Notes: generated by a model not told the origin, from the letters alone. Counted from the first letter of the stretch, positions 1 to 13,481 are shown. The stretch: DNA of 64,000 bases from Octopus vulgaris (GCA_951406725.2 OX597824.1:84258001-84322000); one strand, 5' to 3'. Numbers and translations: made by a program.

Positions 1-353
1 TTTAATATTTGTTTAACTTAGAGTTGACCACTTTGTGGTCAGAAAAGTCAATATTCCAGAATGGTTTTGGAGTCAAAGGTTCCAGAAAATTAATGTTGTT
101 CTTGTGTTATATTTATAAACCCCCAAAAGCTGAAAAGCAAAGTTAGCCATAGTGAAATCTGAAATGAAAATGTAGGCGGTTGGAAGACATCACAAGTATT
201 TTATCTGACATTTTAACAAACCTATCAATTTGCCAACTTAATTAAAATACTGTGACAATTAATTGTTGCAACAATTAAAATTACCACGACTATAAAAATT
301 AAAATATAGAATTCAAATTATATTTTATGTATGATTACAATGTAAAATACACA

Positions 354-518
354 TAGGCGCGGGAGTGGCTGTGTGGTAAGTAGCTTGCTAACCAACCACA
401 TGGTTCCGGGTTCAGTCCCACTGCATGGCATCTTGGGCAAGTGTCTTCTGCTATAGCCTCGGGCCGACCAATGCCTTGTGAGTGGATTTGGTTGACGGAA
501 ACTGAAAGAAGCCTATCG

Positions 519-555
<37 letters not shown>

Positions 556-752
556 CTGTGTTTGTCCCCCTAGCATTGCTTGACAACCGGTGCTGATGTG
601 TTTGCGTCCCCGTCACTTAGCGGTTCGGCAAAGGGAGACCGATGGAGTGACTACTGGGCTTACAAAGAGTGAGTCCCGGGGTCGATTTGCTTGACTAAAG
701 GCGGTGCTCCAGCATGGCCGCAGTCAAATGACTGAAACAAGTAAAAGAGTAT
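354..752 (+). mobile_element. SINE family A (tRNA-like head, CORE-like cttgggcaagtg, internal (TA)n(TG)n, aagtaaaagagt tail)
   Basis: Most abundant repeat in the window (>20 full or partial copies on both strands). A/B-box-like tggctgtgtgg and ggttcagtccc. Confidence 0.85.
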
Positions 753-1074
753 AGATTTAGCTGTAAAAATATATATGAGGCAAACTATTTCTCTTAATTA
801 TTTACAATTTGTAATGCAGCAAGAAATTGTCAGGATGTTAAAATTTATGGCTGTGGATTTGTATTCCCCAATTTGTATCTTTAATCTTTTATCTTTAACT
901 TGTTTCAGTCATTAGACTGTGGCCATGCTGGGGCACCACCTTGAAATATTTTAGTTGAACAAATTGACTCCAGTACTTACATTCTTAAGCCTAGTACTTA
1001 GTTATTCTATCAGTCTCTTTTGCCATCACACACATGCACACACACACACACATAAATACATATATATATACAAT

Positions 1075-1312
1075 TATAATTTCTGAGACCCTGAAGCGTG
1101 CCCACTTGACCAGGCATGTATGATAAACTTCATTGTATATGAAGCAGAAGTAACAGCGACACTTCAAAATAACCTCACCTAAAAGAAAAATTACACTGGG
1201 TTATGCGAAGGGGATTTCAAAAACTGTTATGCAAACCGCCTGTTTTCTTTCTCTAACACATCAACAAAAGTAAGGCCACTAAGTTGGCTAGCCACATATG
1301 GAGTTTGAAGAC
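1075..1312 (+). pseudogene. Penelope-like element GIY-YIG endonuclease remnant
   Basis: Manual translation: (CNC-like)..PEACPLDQACMINFIVYEAEV...KNYTGLCEGDFKNCYANRLFSF..(frameshift)..KATKLASHIWSLK, with stops. Matches the PLE pattern CPL.G.C...VY.A.V...YIG..E..FK.RY.NH..SF...T.LS.HIW.LK. Confidence 0.8.
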
Positions 1313-2415
1313 CAACTGAAAACGACATGGAGAAGTGTAGAGAAATCCATGCTATATGTTAATGGATCTAAGAAATGGTGGTGATGATGATGATGATTCA
1401 TGTTATGGATGAATTCTATCCTCTATTTCCCCCTATTTTCCATATTCTGTTGCTGTTTAGCTTCAGGCCAGGCATAGTTCAACAAAGCTGTGATGAAAGA
1501 CATCTTCAGAGCTTTAGTCTGCCTGTTATCAACAGACTTGCCTGTTGGCATAGGAGGAATACAGACTACAGAACTGAAATAAACAGCAAAGAGTCAAACA
1601 TTTCAGTTTGGTGGGAACCAAAGATAGCTTTGACTTGAGAGTCTTCTTTGTCACTTCTTGTGAAACTATTCACATAAAAAGCTGCTGTGTCATTGACCTA
1701 AATGGCTTAGCAGAATGTGTCATTTATGGGCCAACAAAGTAATCTTTATCTCAGTTGTTCCTAACGTCTAGGGTCTGCAGATCTTTGAGGATTTCACGTG
1801 GGTTGTACTGAGAATCTAGGAAATGAGTTGCATATTTGTTGAGTTGATAGACCTTTCAAAAGCCTGAAGTCTATTTTGTTTTCTTTCATTATTTTACTGG
1901 TTTCAGTCATTTGACTGTGCCCATGCTGGAGCACTGCCTTGAGAGGTTTTTGTTGAATAAATCGACCCCAGGACTTGTTTTAAGGCCTAGTACTTGTTCT
2001 ATCAGTTTCTTTTGCTGAACTGCTAGGTTATGTAAACACACCAACAACAGTTGTCAAGCAGTGATGTGGGGGTGGACAAACAGACACACACACACATAGA
2101 TATATACATATATATATACAATGGGTTTCTTTCAGTTAACATCTACCAAACCCTCTCACAAGGCTTTGGTTGGCTCGAGGCTCTAGTAGAAGACACTTGT
2201 CCAAGGTGCCATGCAGTGGGACTGAACCTGGAACCATGTGGTTGGGAAGCATGCTTCTTAGCACATTTAAATAAAAGGAGTCCTTGGCAGTGAAAAGGTT
2301 GGGGAACCATTTTTATATGTGGTCACTCAGCCTGCTAGAAATAACAACTAAATTTCTCAAACGAAGGACATATCAGATAGCTCAGCCATGCCTGCACCTG
2401 TAAGCTCTTACACAG

Positions 2416-2595
2416 GTAAATACTTTCTTGTGAAACTTCATTATGGAACAAGAACAAATAATAGTTTAGCATGTTCATCACACCTCTTTATCCAGTCCAT
2501 TCTCCCCATAATGTTATCCATCTGGAATTCTCTCCTTGCTCATATTTTTTTCTGTAGCTCTCAACTTACTGTTCTTTAATAGATATATTAAAGAA
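2416..2595 (+). pseudogene. Old L2/CR1-group LINE ORF2 C-terminal remnant
   Basis: SILPIMLSIWNSLLAHIF resembles the SFFPRT..LWNSLP..VF motif. Confidence 0.4.
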
Positions 2596-3041
2596 GACCA
2601 GATACACTGTTTTACATCCGTTTGCATAAACACATGCATACATATGCATATATATATATACACACACATATATATAAACATATATACATACATATATATA
2701 TATATATATTTATATGTGATCACGTGACCGACCAGACCATCAGATGCTGGTCACAATGCGTTCGCATTGTTTTAGCCTTCGAATGACGCCACCCCACTGG
2801 CTAAAGCGAGCAGGCCAACAGAAGAAAGAGTGGAAGAAAGAGTGGTGAAAGAGTACAGCAGGGATCACCACCCCCTGCCGGAGCCTCGTGGAGCTTTTAG
2901 GTGTTTTCGCTCAATAAACACTCACAACGCCCGGTCTGGGAATCGAAACCGCGATCCTGCGACCGCGAGTCCGCTGCCCTAACCACTAGGCCATTGCGCC
3001 TCTCTCTCTCTATATATATATACACACACACACACACACAT

Positions 3042-3093
<52 letters not shown>

Positions 3094-3110
3094 ATATGTA
3101 TGTATATATT

Positions 3111-3260
3111 AACAAAACTGTCTGATGAACGGGAACGTGAAACTCTGAGTAACAGCTTTTGTTATATTTCTACTGCTTTTAAATAAAGCATATTACTCTA
3201 CCTCTGGTATTTGAGTACTCTTTTTTCCACCTTATTTCACATTTATGTGCTTACTCCAGT
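3111..3260 (+). mobile_element. Short Penelope-type terminal-repeat (pLTR-like) element in (TA)n
   Basis: Hammerhead followed by AATAAA and a T-rich tail; homologous to 16296-16442; flanked by TA-rich microsatellite. Confidence 0.7.
3114..3160 (+). ncRNA. Type I hammerhead ribozyme motif (minimal, Penelope/retrozyme style)
   Basis: aaaaCTGT-CTGATGA-ACG ggaa CGT-GAAA-CTC t GAG-TA-ACAGctttt. Stems I, II and III all pair, the core is intact, and a GUA cleavage triplet ends at 3151. Confidence 0.85.
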
Positions 3261-3714
3261 ATATATATATATATATAATGTATATATGTGTGTGTGTGTG
3301 TGTGCCTATGTATATTTGTATATGTATATATATCCTGCTCTCTAGGAGGGCTTGTGAAGGTCAATGACATAACCCCTCCTTCCTCCTGACCAAACTATAT
3401 ATGTTAAAATAGTTGGAAAAATCACAATTTAAGTATCCATCATAGTAATACCTATATTATTATATGAAGAGTTAAAGCTGTTTTTATACCAAGTTTTAAA
3501 TTGTTAAGAAAATCAAATCAAATATAAATGTAAAACTCACTGAAATAATGGGCTGAAATTTAAAAATTTATGAAAGAAATTTTAAGAAATTATTTTGTCG
3601 ATCATCTAAGCTCCTGTGTTTCTTTTCCTTCTTTTTAAACGATGTTTGGATGATTATCAAATTTATCAGATCTTCAAGAGTTGGCTAAAAATGCAACTGA
3701 TTCACTCTCTCTTT

Positions 3715-3764
<50 letters not shown>

Positions 3765-3868
3765 CACAGACCCTCACTCTCTTCTTTCTCTTCTCTCACT
3801 ATCACTCATTTCTCCTCTCTCTCTCTCTCTCTCTCTCCTATATATATATATATATATATATAAATATT

Positions 3869-3909
<41 letters not shown>

Positions 3910-4052
3910 TTATACATATATATATTTATATATATATATATATGTGTATATATATATATATATCTGTTGCTTCATTGTCAACCTCACCCTGCCCCTCTGT
4001 CTTGTTGACTATCATTCTATCCCTCTTCACTATTCCTATCTTTCTCTTCTTA

Positions 4053-4114
<62 letters not shown>

Positions 4115-4981
4115 CCACTTCCACATCATTAAAAGAAGCACCTACACACACCAAGTAATATCTTACATCCTGATAATGTGACTGTGAAAGTCTAGAAATA
4201 ATTGACGATGGTGGATTTAAAAATCATTATTGATCCAAATCAGACAAACAATAAGGGACTCTTACAAAAATATGAAAGAAACTTTGCAAAAATTACTACT
4301 GGAATATAGTTATAAACTGAATATATAATTAAATGAAAAGCCATCCTCTATATATGTGTATTTATGCATATATATCTCTATGTATATAGCATTAAACTAC
4401 ATCTGGTAGTGAGGCTCCAGTTTAGGAGTTCTGGTCCATTCCAACCTAGGACAATAGTATCTGCCAGGGTCCCACGTATGAATTAAGATTTCCCTGAGGT
4501 TGAGGAGGTTCTCATTATTTTTTTGACAAAGCCATGGGGAAGGCAGCTCTTCTGAGAGAAAGCTACTCAGGCATAAAACTTACAATCAAAATGTTAGTAC
4601 CGGTCATCTTGTAATGCTTGTCACTGGAACCTACTATAGCAACCGAGAGAATGGCAAAAGTGTTGTACAAACACTTTAGTCACTTAAATCCAACAGTGTA
4701 GATGTTTCGTTATTGTTTTAGTTCTCGATCTGTTTTGCATTTTATAAGATCCTATAGCAATGGAATATCCACACACAGATCCTTTTATTCTTATTTGCAT
4801 TCAAAGGGTTGCTTTGGTAAAATGGTTGAACATCTGTCATGTTTACAGAAGATATGGGTTCAAATCCTATGAGTAGCTTTGGCTTTTTCCATTCATTGGT
4901 TGTTCTTTTAACCCAATATTCTACATGTTATTATGTATAGCTTTATCTACTTCAAGTTCAACTGTTAGAAAGCGATATATA

Positions 4982-5558
4982 CACAGGCATGCAGGAAGTA
5001 AATAGACACCTTTAATTTTCAAAATCTTTTATTTGATAATAATTGGTTGGAGGAGAGGTTTTCTTCTAGCGGCTCTTCCATAATACCCAAGCTTATGCAG
5101 ATATGTAACACACGTTCTTGAACTGACTTCTAGCTGTTTTGCAATGTCAGAAGCCTTCGAATGGGGTTTGTTTTCCACAATTCTCTTCAAGCAGCAAAGC
5201 TTCCTTTTCGAGGGCCCAGGTTAACCGGGACAAGAATCTGTTGATTGTTTTCCTTGGCTTTTGAATTGCAGTATAATTCTATTAACAGTAGCAAAAGGAA
5301 TTTGAAGATTTTCGGCAATATTTCGCTGGCTAAGACCAGACTCAGATTGCCCAACAATACAACCTCTTTGAAAATGACAGTTCTGCTGAATTTTTTGTGC
5401 ATGGCATGGATACTCTTTGCAAATGTTTAACGTAATGGCACCTGGAATGAAAAAGAATAATTACATTGTAAATTCTCCACTACTGAAAACATATTAAAAC
5501 CGCTTAGATCAGAAATTTTGAAAATTAAAGGTGTCTATTTACTTCCTGCATGTCTGTG
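4982..5558 (-). mobile_element. Tc1-family DNA transposon, internally deleted
   Basis: ~44-bp TIRs (cacag[g/a]catgcaggaagtaaatagacacctttaattttcaaaat) with TA on both sides. Minus strand encodes a broken HTH region: ..[34 protein letters not shown]...LHKLGYYGRAARRKPLL. Confidence 0.9.
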
Positions 5559-5566
5559 TATATTAT

Positions 5567-5945
5567 GTGGAAGCACTCCGTTGATTACGATGACGAGGGT
5601 TCTGGTTGATCCGATCAACGGAACAGCCTGCTCGTGAAATTAACGTGTAAGTGGCTGAGCACTCCACAGACACATGTACCCTTAACTCGGGGATATTCAG
5701 CGTGACACAGAGAGTGACAAGGCCGGCCCTTTGAAATACAGGTACAACAGAAACAGGAAGTAAGAGTGAGAGAAAGTTGTGGTGAAAGAGTACAGCAGGG
5801 ATCACCACCATCCCCTGCCGGAGCCTCGTGGAGCTTTAGGTGTTTTCGCTCAATAAACACTCACAACGCCCGGTCCGGGAATCGAAACCGCGATCCTACG
5901 ACCGCGAGTCCGCTGCCCTAACCACTGGGCCATTGCGCCTCCACT
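5567..5945 (-). mobile_element. SINE family B copy
   Basis: 12-bp TSD tgtgtatattat (5555-5566/5946-5957) duplicates the tip of the Tc1 TIR. Confidence 0.88.
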
Positions 5946-6077
5946 TGTGTATATTATAATACAGTATTTGAACTCAACCATGATAATGTTATTTAAAGTT
6001 TCATTGCAACCAAAGTATCAAAAGTAATCCACGGATTTTCTCTCCATGAATAAATGAATCCTTATTTTGTATAAATT

Positions 6078-6389
6078 AATGTGTGTGTGTGTGCATGTGT
6101 GCATGCATATATGTATGTGTGTATATATATATATATATGTGTGTGTGCACATATATATATACATATATATGTGTGTGCGTGTGTGCATGCATATATGTAT
6201 GTGTGTATGTATATATATATATATATATGTGTGTGTGTGCACATATATATACATATATATGCGTGTGTGTGCATGCATATATGTATGTGTGTATGTATAT
6301 ATATATATGTGTGTGTGTGTGCACATATATATATATATATACATATATATGTGTGTTTGTGTGTGCATGCATATATGTATGTGTGTATG

Positions 6390-6425
<36 letters not shown>

Positions 6426-6487
6426 CACATATATATATACATATATATGTGTGTTTGTGTGTGCATGCATATATGTATGTGTGTATG

Positions 6488-6533
<46 letters not shown>

Positions 6534-6630
6534 CACATATATATACATATACATACATGTGTGTGTGTGTATGTATATAGATATACATATGTATTATGTA
6601 TGCATATGTGTATACACATATACATACATC
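6078..6630. repeat. Compound (TG)n/(TA)n minisatellite with ~60-bp higher-order unit
   Basis: gcatgcatatatgtatgtgtgtatgtatata...gcacatatatatac recurs. Confidence 0.9.
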
Positions 6631-6774
6631 GGTTTGTATGTATGTATACCACTGTTGTTTTTTTTTACATCTGCTTTTCCATGCTGGTATGAGTTGAATA
6701 AAATTTACTGATGTGTGTTGTTCCTGAAATTTCAAGATAAAATTATTGTTTTACTTCTTTTTAAAATGTATGTC

Positions 6775-7095
6775 ACTGTATGGCACGTAAAAGCACCATC
6801 CGTTCGTGTCCGTTGCCAGCATCGCCTGGCCCCGTGCCGGTGACACGTAAAAGCACCATCCGTTCGTGGCCATTCGCCAGCTCTGTCTGGCACCTGTGCA
6901 GGTGGCACGTAAAAACACCCACTACACTCGCGGAGTGGTTGGCGTTAGGAAGGGCATCCAGCCGTAGAAACACTGCCAGATCTGACTGGGCCTGACGAAG
7001 CCTTCCAGCTTCACAGACCCCAGTTGACCCATCCAACCCATGCTAGCATGGAAAACGGACGCTAAACGATGATGATGATGATGATGATGATGATG
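6775..7095 (+). mobile_element. Repeat family C with (GAT)n tail (RTE-like 3' end)
   Basis: ggagtggttggcgttaggaagggcatccagc...ggacgttaaacgatgatgat. Other copies at ~17585-17945, 29922-30290(-), 32740-33125, 43810-44080, 47945-48265(-) and 59017-59370(-). Confidence 0.75.
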
Positions 7096-7293
7096 TTAAA
7101 GAAATCAAAACAAAATTTTTTTTAAAATCCATATATATGAAGCAAAAGAAAGAAAGGATAGAAAATTCCAGAAGAAATTTTTATTTTATTTTATTTATTT
7201 ATATTTTTGCCAAAATCCAAATCAGATAAGTTTTCATATTTTACTTCTGTCTTTTTTTTTAAAAAAACTTAATAAATTTAAATATTATTCACG

Positions 7294-7695
7294 TGGCGCA
7301 GGAGTGGGTGTGTAGTAAGTAGCTTGCTACCCAACCACATGGTTCCGGGTTCAGTCCCACTGCGTGGCATCTTGGGCAAGTGTCTTCTGCTATAGCCCCG
7401 GGCCGACTAATGCCTTGTGAGTGGATTTGGTAGACTGAAACTGAAAGAAGCCCGTCGTATATGTATATATATATATATGTATGTGTGTGTGTTTGTGTGT
7501 CTGTGTTTGTCCCCCGAGCATTGCTTGACAACCGATGCTGGTGTGTTTACGTCCCTGTCACTTAGCAGTTCGGCAAAAGGAGACCGATAGAACAAGTACT
7601 GGGCTTACAAAGAATAAGTCCCGGGGTCGATTTGCTCGTCTAAAGGCGGTGCTCCAGCATGGCTGCAGTCAAATGACTGAAACAAGTAAAAGAGT
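7294..7695 (+). mobile_element. SINE family A copy
   Basis: Colinear with 354-752. Confidence 0.85.
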
Positions 7696-8164
7696 GATTG
7701 TAGAAATATCTGTGATGGGAGGAGGGGGTAAAGAGAGAGTTCTTGAGTATTTTTGTATTCTCTTTGGTACCCGTGTGTTTGCCTTGTGTGAAGGGGCATA
7801 GCTCAGTGCTTAGAGTGAAAGGCTCACAATCACAAGGTGAGTTCAATTCTCAAACAAGGCTGTGGGTTGTGTTCTTGAGCAAGACACTTTATTTCGCATT
7901 GCTCCTGTTTACTCAGCTGTAGAAATGAGTTGCGACATCACTGGTGCCAAGCTGTATCGGCCCCTTTGCCTTTCTCTTGGGTAACATCGGTGGTGTGGAG
8001 AGGGGAGGCCGGTATGCATGGGTGACTGCTGGTCTTCCATAAACAACCTTACCTGGACATCTGCCTTCAAGGGGAACTTTCTTGGTGCAATCTTATGGTC
8101 ATTCATGACCAAAGGGGTTTTTACTCCTTACCCAATTGTCATGTAGAATTGCTCAGGGTATACT

Positions 8165-8560
8165 CTTTACTCTTTACTCTTTTACTTGTTTCAGTCATTT
8201 GACTGAGACCATGCTGGAGCACCACCTTTAGTCAAGAAAATCGACCCCAGAACTTATTCTTTGTAAACCTAGTACTTATTCTATCGGTCTCTTTTGCTGA
8301 ACCGTTAAGTTATGGCGATGTAAACACACCAGCATCGGTTGTCAAGCAATGTTGGGGAGACTCAAACAGACACACAAGCATATGCACACACATATAGATG
8401 GGCTTCTTTCAGTTTCCGTCTACCAAATCCACTCACAAGGCTTTGATCAACCCAAGGCTAAAGTAGAAGACACTTGCCCAAGGTGCCATGAAGTGGGACT
8501 GAACCCGGAACCATGTGGTTGGTAAACAAGCTACTTACCACACAGCCACTCCTACGCCTA
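8165..8560 (-). mobile_element. SINE family A copy
   Basis: Reverse complement of 354-752. Confidence 0.85.
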
Positions 8561-8810
8561 TGTGCAAGAACAAACATCAACCCTGTCACAGAACTACTTT
8601 GGATCAAGAGAATTTATAAAAGAGTTGCTCTTGTTGTTAACATCATTGGCATATATGTATGTATGTATGTTTGTCTGTGTGGTGCCATGTAAAAGTTCCC
8701 ATGTGACACCACATAAAAGTGCCTGTGTAGTGTCACATAAAAGTACCCAGCACACTCTGTAAAGTGGTTGGTGTTAGGAAGGGCATCCAGCTGTAGAAAT
8801 CATGCCAAAT

Positions 8811-8870
8811 CAGATAGGTAGGTAGGTAGGAGGTAGGCAGGCAGGTAGGCAGATAGGCAGGCAGATAGGC

Positions 8871-8934
<64 letters not shown>

Positions 8935-9058
8935 GGATAGATGGATAGGTAGGTAGGTAGGTAGGTAGGTAGGTAGGCAGGCAGGTTGGCAGACAGGCAA
9001 GCAGGCTGGCAGGCAGGTTGGCAGTTAGGCAGGCAGATAGGCAGACAGACAGATAGAC

Positions 9059-9108
<50 letters not shown>

Positions 9109-9154
9109 GTAGGTAGGTAGGTAGGTAGGTAGGTAGGCAGGCAGGCAGGTTGGC

Positions 9155-9248
<94 letters not shown>

Positions 9249-9480
9249 GTAGATAGGTAGGTAGGTAGGTAGGTAGGTAGGTAGGTAGGCAGGCAGGTTG
9301 GCAGACAGGCAAGCAGGCTGGCAGGCAGGTTGGCAGTTAGGCAGGCAGATAGGCAGACAGACAGATAGACAGATAGATAGATAGATAGAAAGGCAGATAG
9401 ATAGATAGAAAGGCAGATTAATAGATAGACAGAAAGAAAGGCAGATAAATAGATAGAAAGACAGGCAGACAGATAGATAT
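8811..9480. repeat. (GATA)n/(GGTA)n/(GGCA)n compound microsatellite with block duplication
   Basis: Directly visible. An opposite-strand array of the same type lies at 18690-18960. Confidence 0.95.
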
Positions 9481-10194
9481 ATTTGTGGATGGACAGGCTG
9501 ACATATACATGATTTGTGGATGGATGGACAGCTGGATGGATGGATGGATGAGTGAATGTTTTATTTGTCCTGTCTGCAGTAAGTAATTGTACAAACAAGC
9601 ATACAATTAGGCGATGATGAATGACAGAGAATAAAGATAAGCATGACATGTCAAACTTTTGTACACAGAAAATTGAATTATTTAGAGTTATGTAATCAAA
9701 ACAGTGATGGTCTACCACAAATCTGTTTTCTAGAACATTCCTGGTTAGAATTTTTTCTTTTTTTTTTTTTTTTTTTGAAAAATAACACAGAATACAGAAA
9801 ATAACGACAAAAAATAACAATGTTTCTGTCAGCATTTGAAAATATTATTTTGTATTTCAAATACAAAATATCAAGTTTTCTGAATAAATACAATAATGTT
9901 TTTTTTTTTGTTTTTTTTTTGTAAATATATAGATATTTTATTCTCATGTGACTGACTGGAAATATTGTATAGAACTGTACCGATTGTGTGTATATGTTTG
10001 TGTATTATTTATAACTATCTCTCTGTGTGTATTTATACAAATGCATGTTACTGTCTTTACAGATGTATAGATGTGTGTATTAAATGTGTGTGTATATGTG
10101 TGTATAGATGTGTGTATGTGAATACATGAATATGTGAAATATATGTGTGTATGTGTGTTTTTGTGTGTGTGTGTATGTGTGTATGTATGTCACT

Positions 10195-10498
10195 GTGATC
10201 ACCGTGACCGACCAGGCTATCATATGTTGCTACACATCGCTGGTCACAATGCACTTCGCATTGTTTTAGCCTTCAAATGACGCCACCCCGCTGGCTAAGT
10301 GAGCAGGTCAACAGAAGAAAGAGTGAGAGAAAGTTGTGGCGAAAGAGTACAGCAGGGATCTCCACCATCCCCTACCGAAACCCTTGGAGATTCAGGTGTT
10401 TTCGCCCAATAAACACTCAACGCCTGGAATGGGGATCGAAACTAAGTTCCAGCGACTGCAAGTCCACTGCCCTAACCACTGGGCCATTGCGCCTCCAC
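10195..10498 (-). mobile_element. SINE family B variant with a third tail type
   Basis: Head as family B; tail shared with 2717-3001 and ~42600-42860. Confidence 0.8.
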
Positions 10499-12433
10499 TG
10501 TATGTATGTATGTATGTATGTATGTATGTATGTATATTTACATACATATATGTATGTATGTATCCAGTTTCTCTCTAGCAAATTCCAGTCACATGACCTA
10601 GTAGAGGCAAAGGTGGAAAACACCGAAGATGCTGCACAATTGGTTTGAACAAGAGCTGTAATATTTTGAAGCCAAGTTCTTTACCAGACAGCCTTGTCTA
10701 TGTTTTAAATGCATAAATCAATGATGATGGTGGGGGTGGCAGTAACACACACACTTTGGTTTCTTCAGTATCTCCTGATAAGAAATTTCAATTTTTTTTT
10801 TTTTTACAGTGGGTGGTGGAAATTATATAAGAACAAAGCCAGTATAAGGTTTCAGAGTCACACGAGATTACTGTTACTACTGATGACGACGATGATATGG
10901 CTGCTGCTACTGCTACTGCTGCTGATGGTGATGGCGATGATGACAATGATTGTTTTCGTATTTGTCACACATTTTGTGGGGTATTTACTTTTTAAACAAA
11001 TCATGTTAATTTCTGCTGATTACAGCTGCTCTATCAGCAACAAAAACATGGAATGGAACAATAAAGATAACAAAATATAATTGCTGTTATCATTAGTATT
11101 AGTAGTAGTAACAGTAGTAGTAGTTGTAATATTTGTGGCTGTGTGGTTGTAAAGTTTGTTTCACAAACCACAAGGTTTTCAGTTCAATCCCACAGCGTGG
11201 CCCCCTGGGCATTTGCCTTCTACTGTAACCTCAGGCTGACTGATGCTTTGTGAGTGACGTTCTGGTAGATGGAAACTGTACTGAAGCCCATGCTGCATGG
11301 CTGTATGATAAGAAGCTCACTTCAAGTGGCTTCAGGCTCAGTTCCATTGCATGACACCTTGGGCAAGTGTCTTCTATTATAGCCCTAGGCTGACCAATGC
11401 TTTGTGAGAGAATTTGGTAGATGAAAACCGGGTGGAAGCCTGTCCTGTATGTGTATGTATTTGTTTGTCAATCTTTCTGTATCTATTTTCCACACCAACC
11501 ATCTCTGAAGAGCATGTGGGTACTTATCCGCCCTGTTGTCTAATATCCAATTATCTAATACTCAGTGTGAAACCAGTTAGTAAGATCAGCTGAACTAGAT
11601 CTATAAATACTGTAAGCTTTAATATACTTGCTCTGACAAATATGATGGTGGTGGTGGTGGTGGTGACAGTTGTGATGATGATGATGATGATGATGATGAT
11701 AGTTTTGTTTGTTCCTTCTTGAGCCATGCCTAGCTCATAAGGGCCGGTTTCCCGGTTTCCTTGGCGTATAGGTTCTCCATCTAGACGGGATGCCGGTCCG
11801 TTGCAGGTGAGCTGCAAGTTGCAGGAGGAAAGAGTGAGAGAAAGTTGTGGCGAAAGAGTCAGCAGAAGTTCGCCATTACCTTCTGCCGGAGCACATCGCC
11901 CGGTCTGAGATTCGAACCCGTGATCCCTCGACCGCAAGTCCGCTGCTCTAACCACTAGGCCACGTACCTCCACTATGATGAGATTGCCTTCATTGGCCCA
12001 TATCTAATAAAAAGTTAGCATTCAACCCTCAGACCTATTATCAAAGACATACCAGCCATGGTTATTCTATCTTCATCACTTCTAGACATAGTCCACCTTG
12101 GACCACATTACCCAGTGTGTCCTTCCACTTTTTAAGGACACATCAGGATGTGATTCATGAGAGCTGCTATTTCTAACAGATCAAGCAACTACAGTGAGGT
12201 CTCCCTCGTTGGCTTGCAGCTTTAATGGTTGTACATAAAGGAAGTAACAATGGTTCTTTTGTTTGGTTGCTGTCTTCAAATCTCCGCTCTTTTATTCGAC
12301 TTTGATAAATATCCAAATAGTTTTTGTTCCTGCATTATCTTTTTGGTGGCGATGATGGCGGGAGCATTTTTGTTCGTTTTTTTTTTTATACTTTTGTTTT
12401 GGATTTTCATTCATATAACCGTTTATTTTTTTT

Positions 12434-12507
<74 letters not shown>

Positions 12508-12746
12508 TTCATTTTCTTTTGGCTTTCGAAAGCTTTATTCAATCAATAGTATGTAAAAGCTGAAATTAGCTGACCTGTCTCAGACTGTGTTAGTTAAGTG
12601 TTAACAGAAGCCATCTTTCTCTACTACTACTGCTACTACTATTGCTGCTGCTGCTACTACTACTACTACTACCACCACTACCACCACCACCACCACCACC
12701 ACTAAAAATAATAACTACATTATTATTATAACTGTATTATTATTAA

Positions 12747-12786
<40 letters not shown>

Positions 12787-13183
12787 AAAAGTTGGTTTCT
12801 GTTAACACTTAACCAACAATCTCAGACAGGTCAGCCAATTTCAGTTTTTACACATTATTGATCAAAAAAAGCTTCAAAAAGGCAAAAGAAAAAAAAATCC
12901 AAGCATGAAAACAAAGAAACACGAAAATACACAATAATAACACAAATCCAAGATAAAAGCCATGAAAAAATAGAATTTCTAGCTTTGGCAGAAAACACCC
13001 CCTCCCCTAACCCCCACCACCACCACCACAAAACACAAGATGATAAAGATGGGTGAAGAAGAAGAGTTAATTATATTGACTAATTCTTGGTCTCTCCCCA
13101 CCTCTTGTCTCAATTATTGACTAGAAGATTTTGTTTTGCCCCTCCCCTCCCCAGAGCTTTGAAAGTGGAGTTGACCTCTAGTG

Positions 13184-13481
13184 TTCCTTCTCAAGCCATG
13201 CCTGGCTCATAAGGGCCAGTTTCCTAGTTTCCTTGGCATATAGGTTCCCCACCTAGACGGGACACTGGGCCATCGCAGGTAAGCTGCAAGATACAGGAGG
13301 AAAGAGTGAGAGAAAGTTGTGGTGAAAGAGTCAGCAGAAGTTTGCCATTACCTTCTGCCGGAGCCGCGTGGAGCTTAGATCTTTCGCTCATAAACACACA
13401 CATCGCCCAGTCTGAGATTCGAACCCGCAATCCCTCGACTGCGAGTCCACTGCTCTAACCACTAGGCCATGTGCCTCCACT
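13184..13481 (-). mobile_element. SINE family B variant with alternative tail
   Basis: TSD acctctagtg. Same tail in copies at 11703-11973 and 57468-57755. Confidence 0.85.

Noticed and set aside
335-616. Recurrent peptide EDTCPRCHAVGLNPEPCGW in many ORFs, resembling a Cys-rich gene family
   Set aside because: Antisense translation of the SINE A head.
5187-5430. ORF-track proteins of 71 and 61 aa
   Set aside because: Off-frame or antisense readings of the Tc1 transposase remnant.
6018-6735. Long ORFs of 165-219 aa (similar cases at 8810, 22486, 23167, 24516, 28345, 53726)
   Set aside because: Translations of stop-free microsatellites (YI/HT/CV/LS repeats); no domain or splice evidence.
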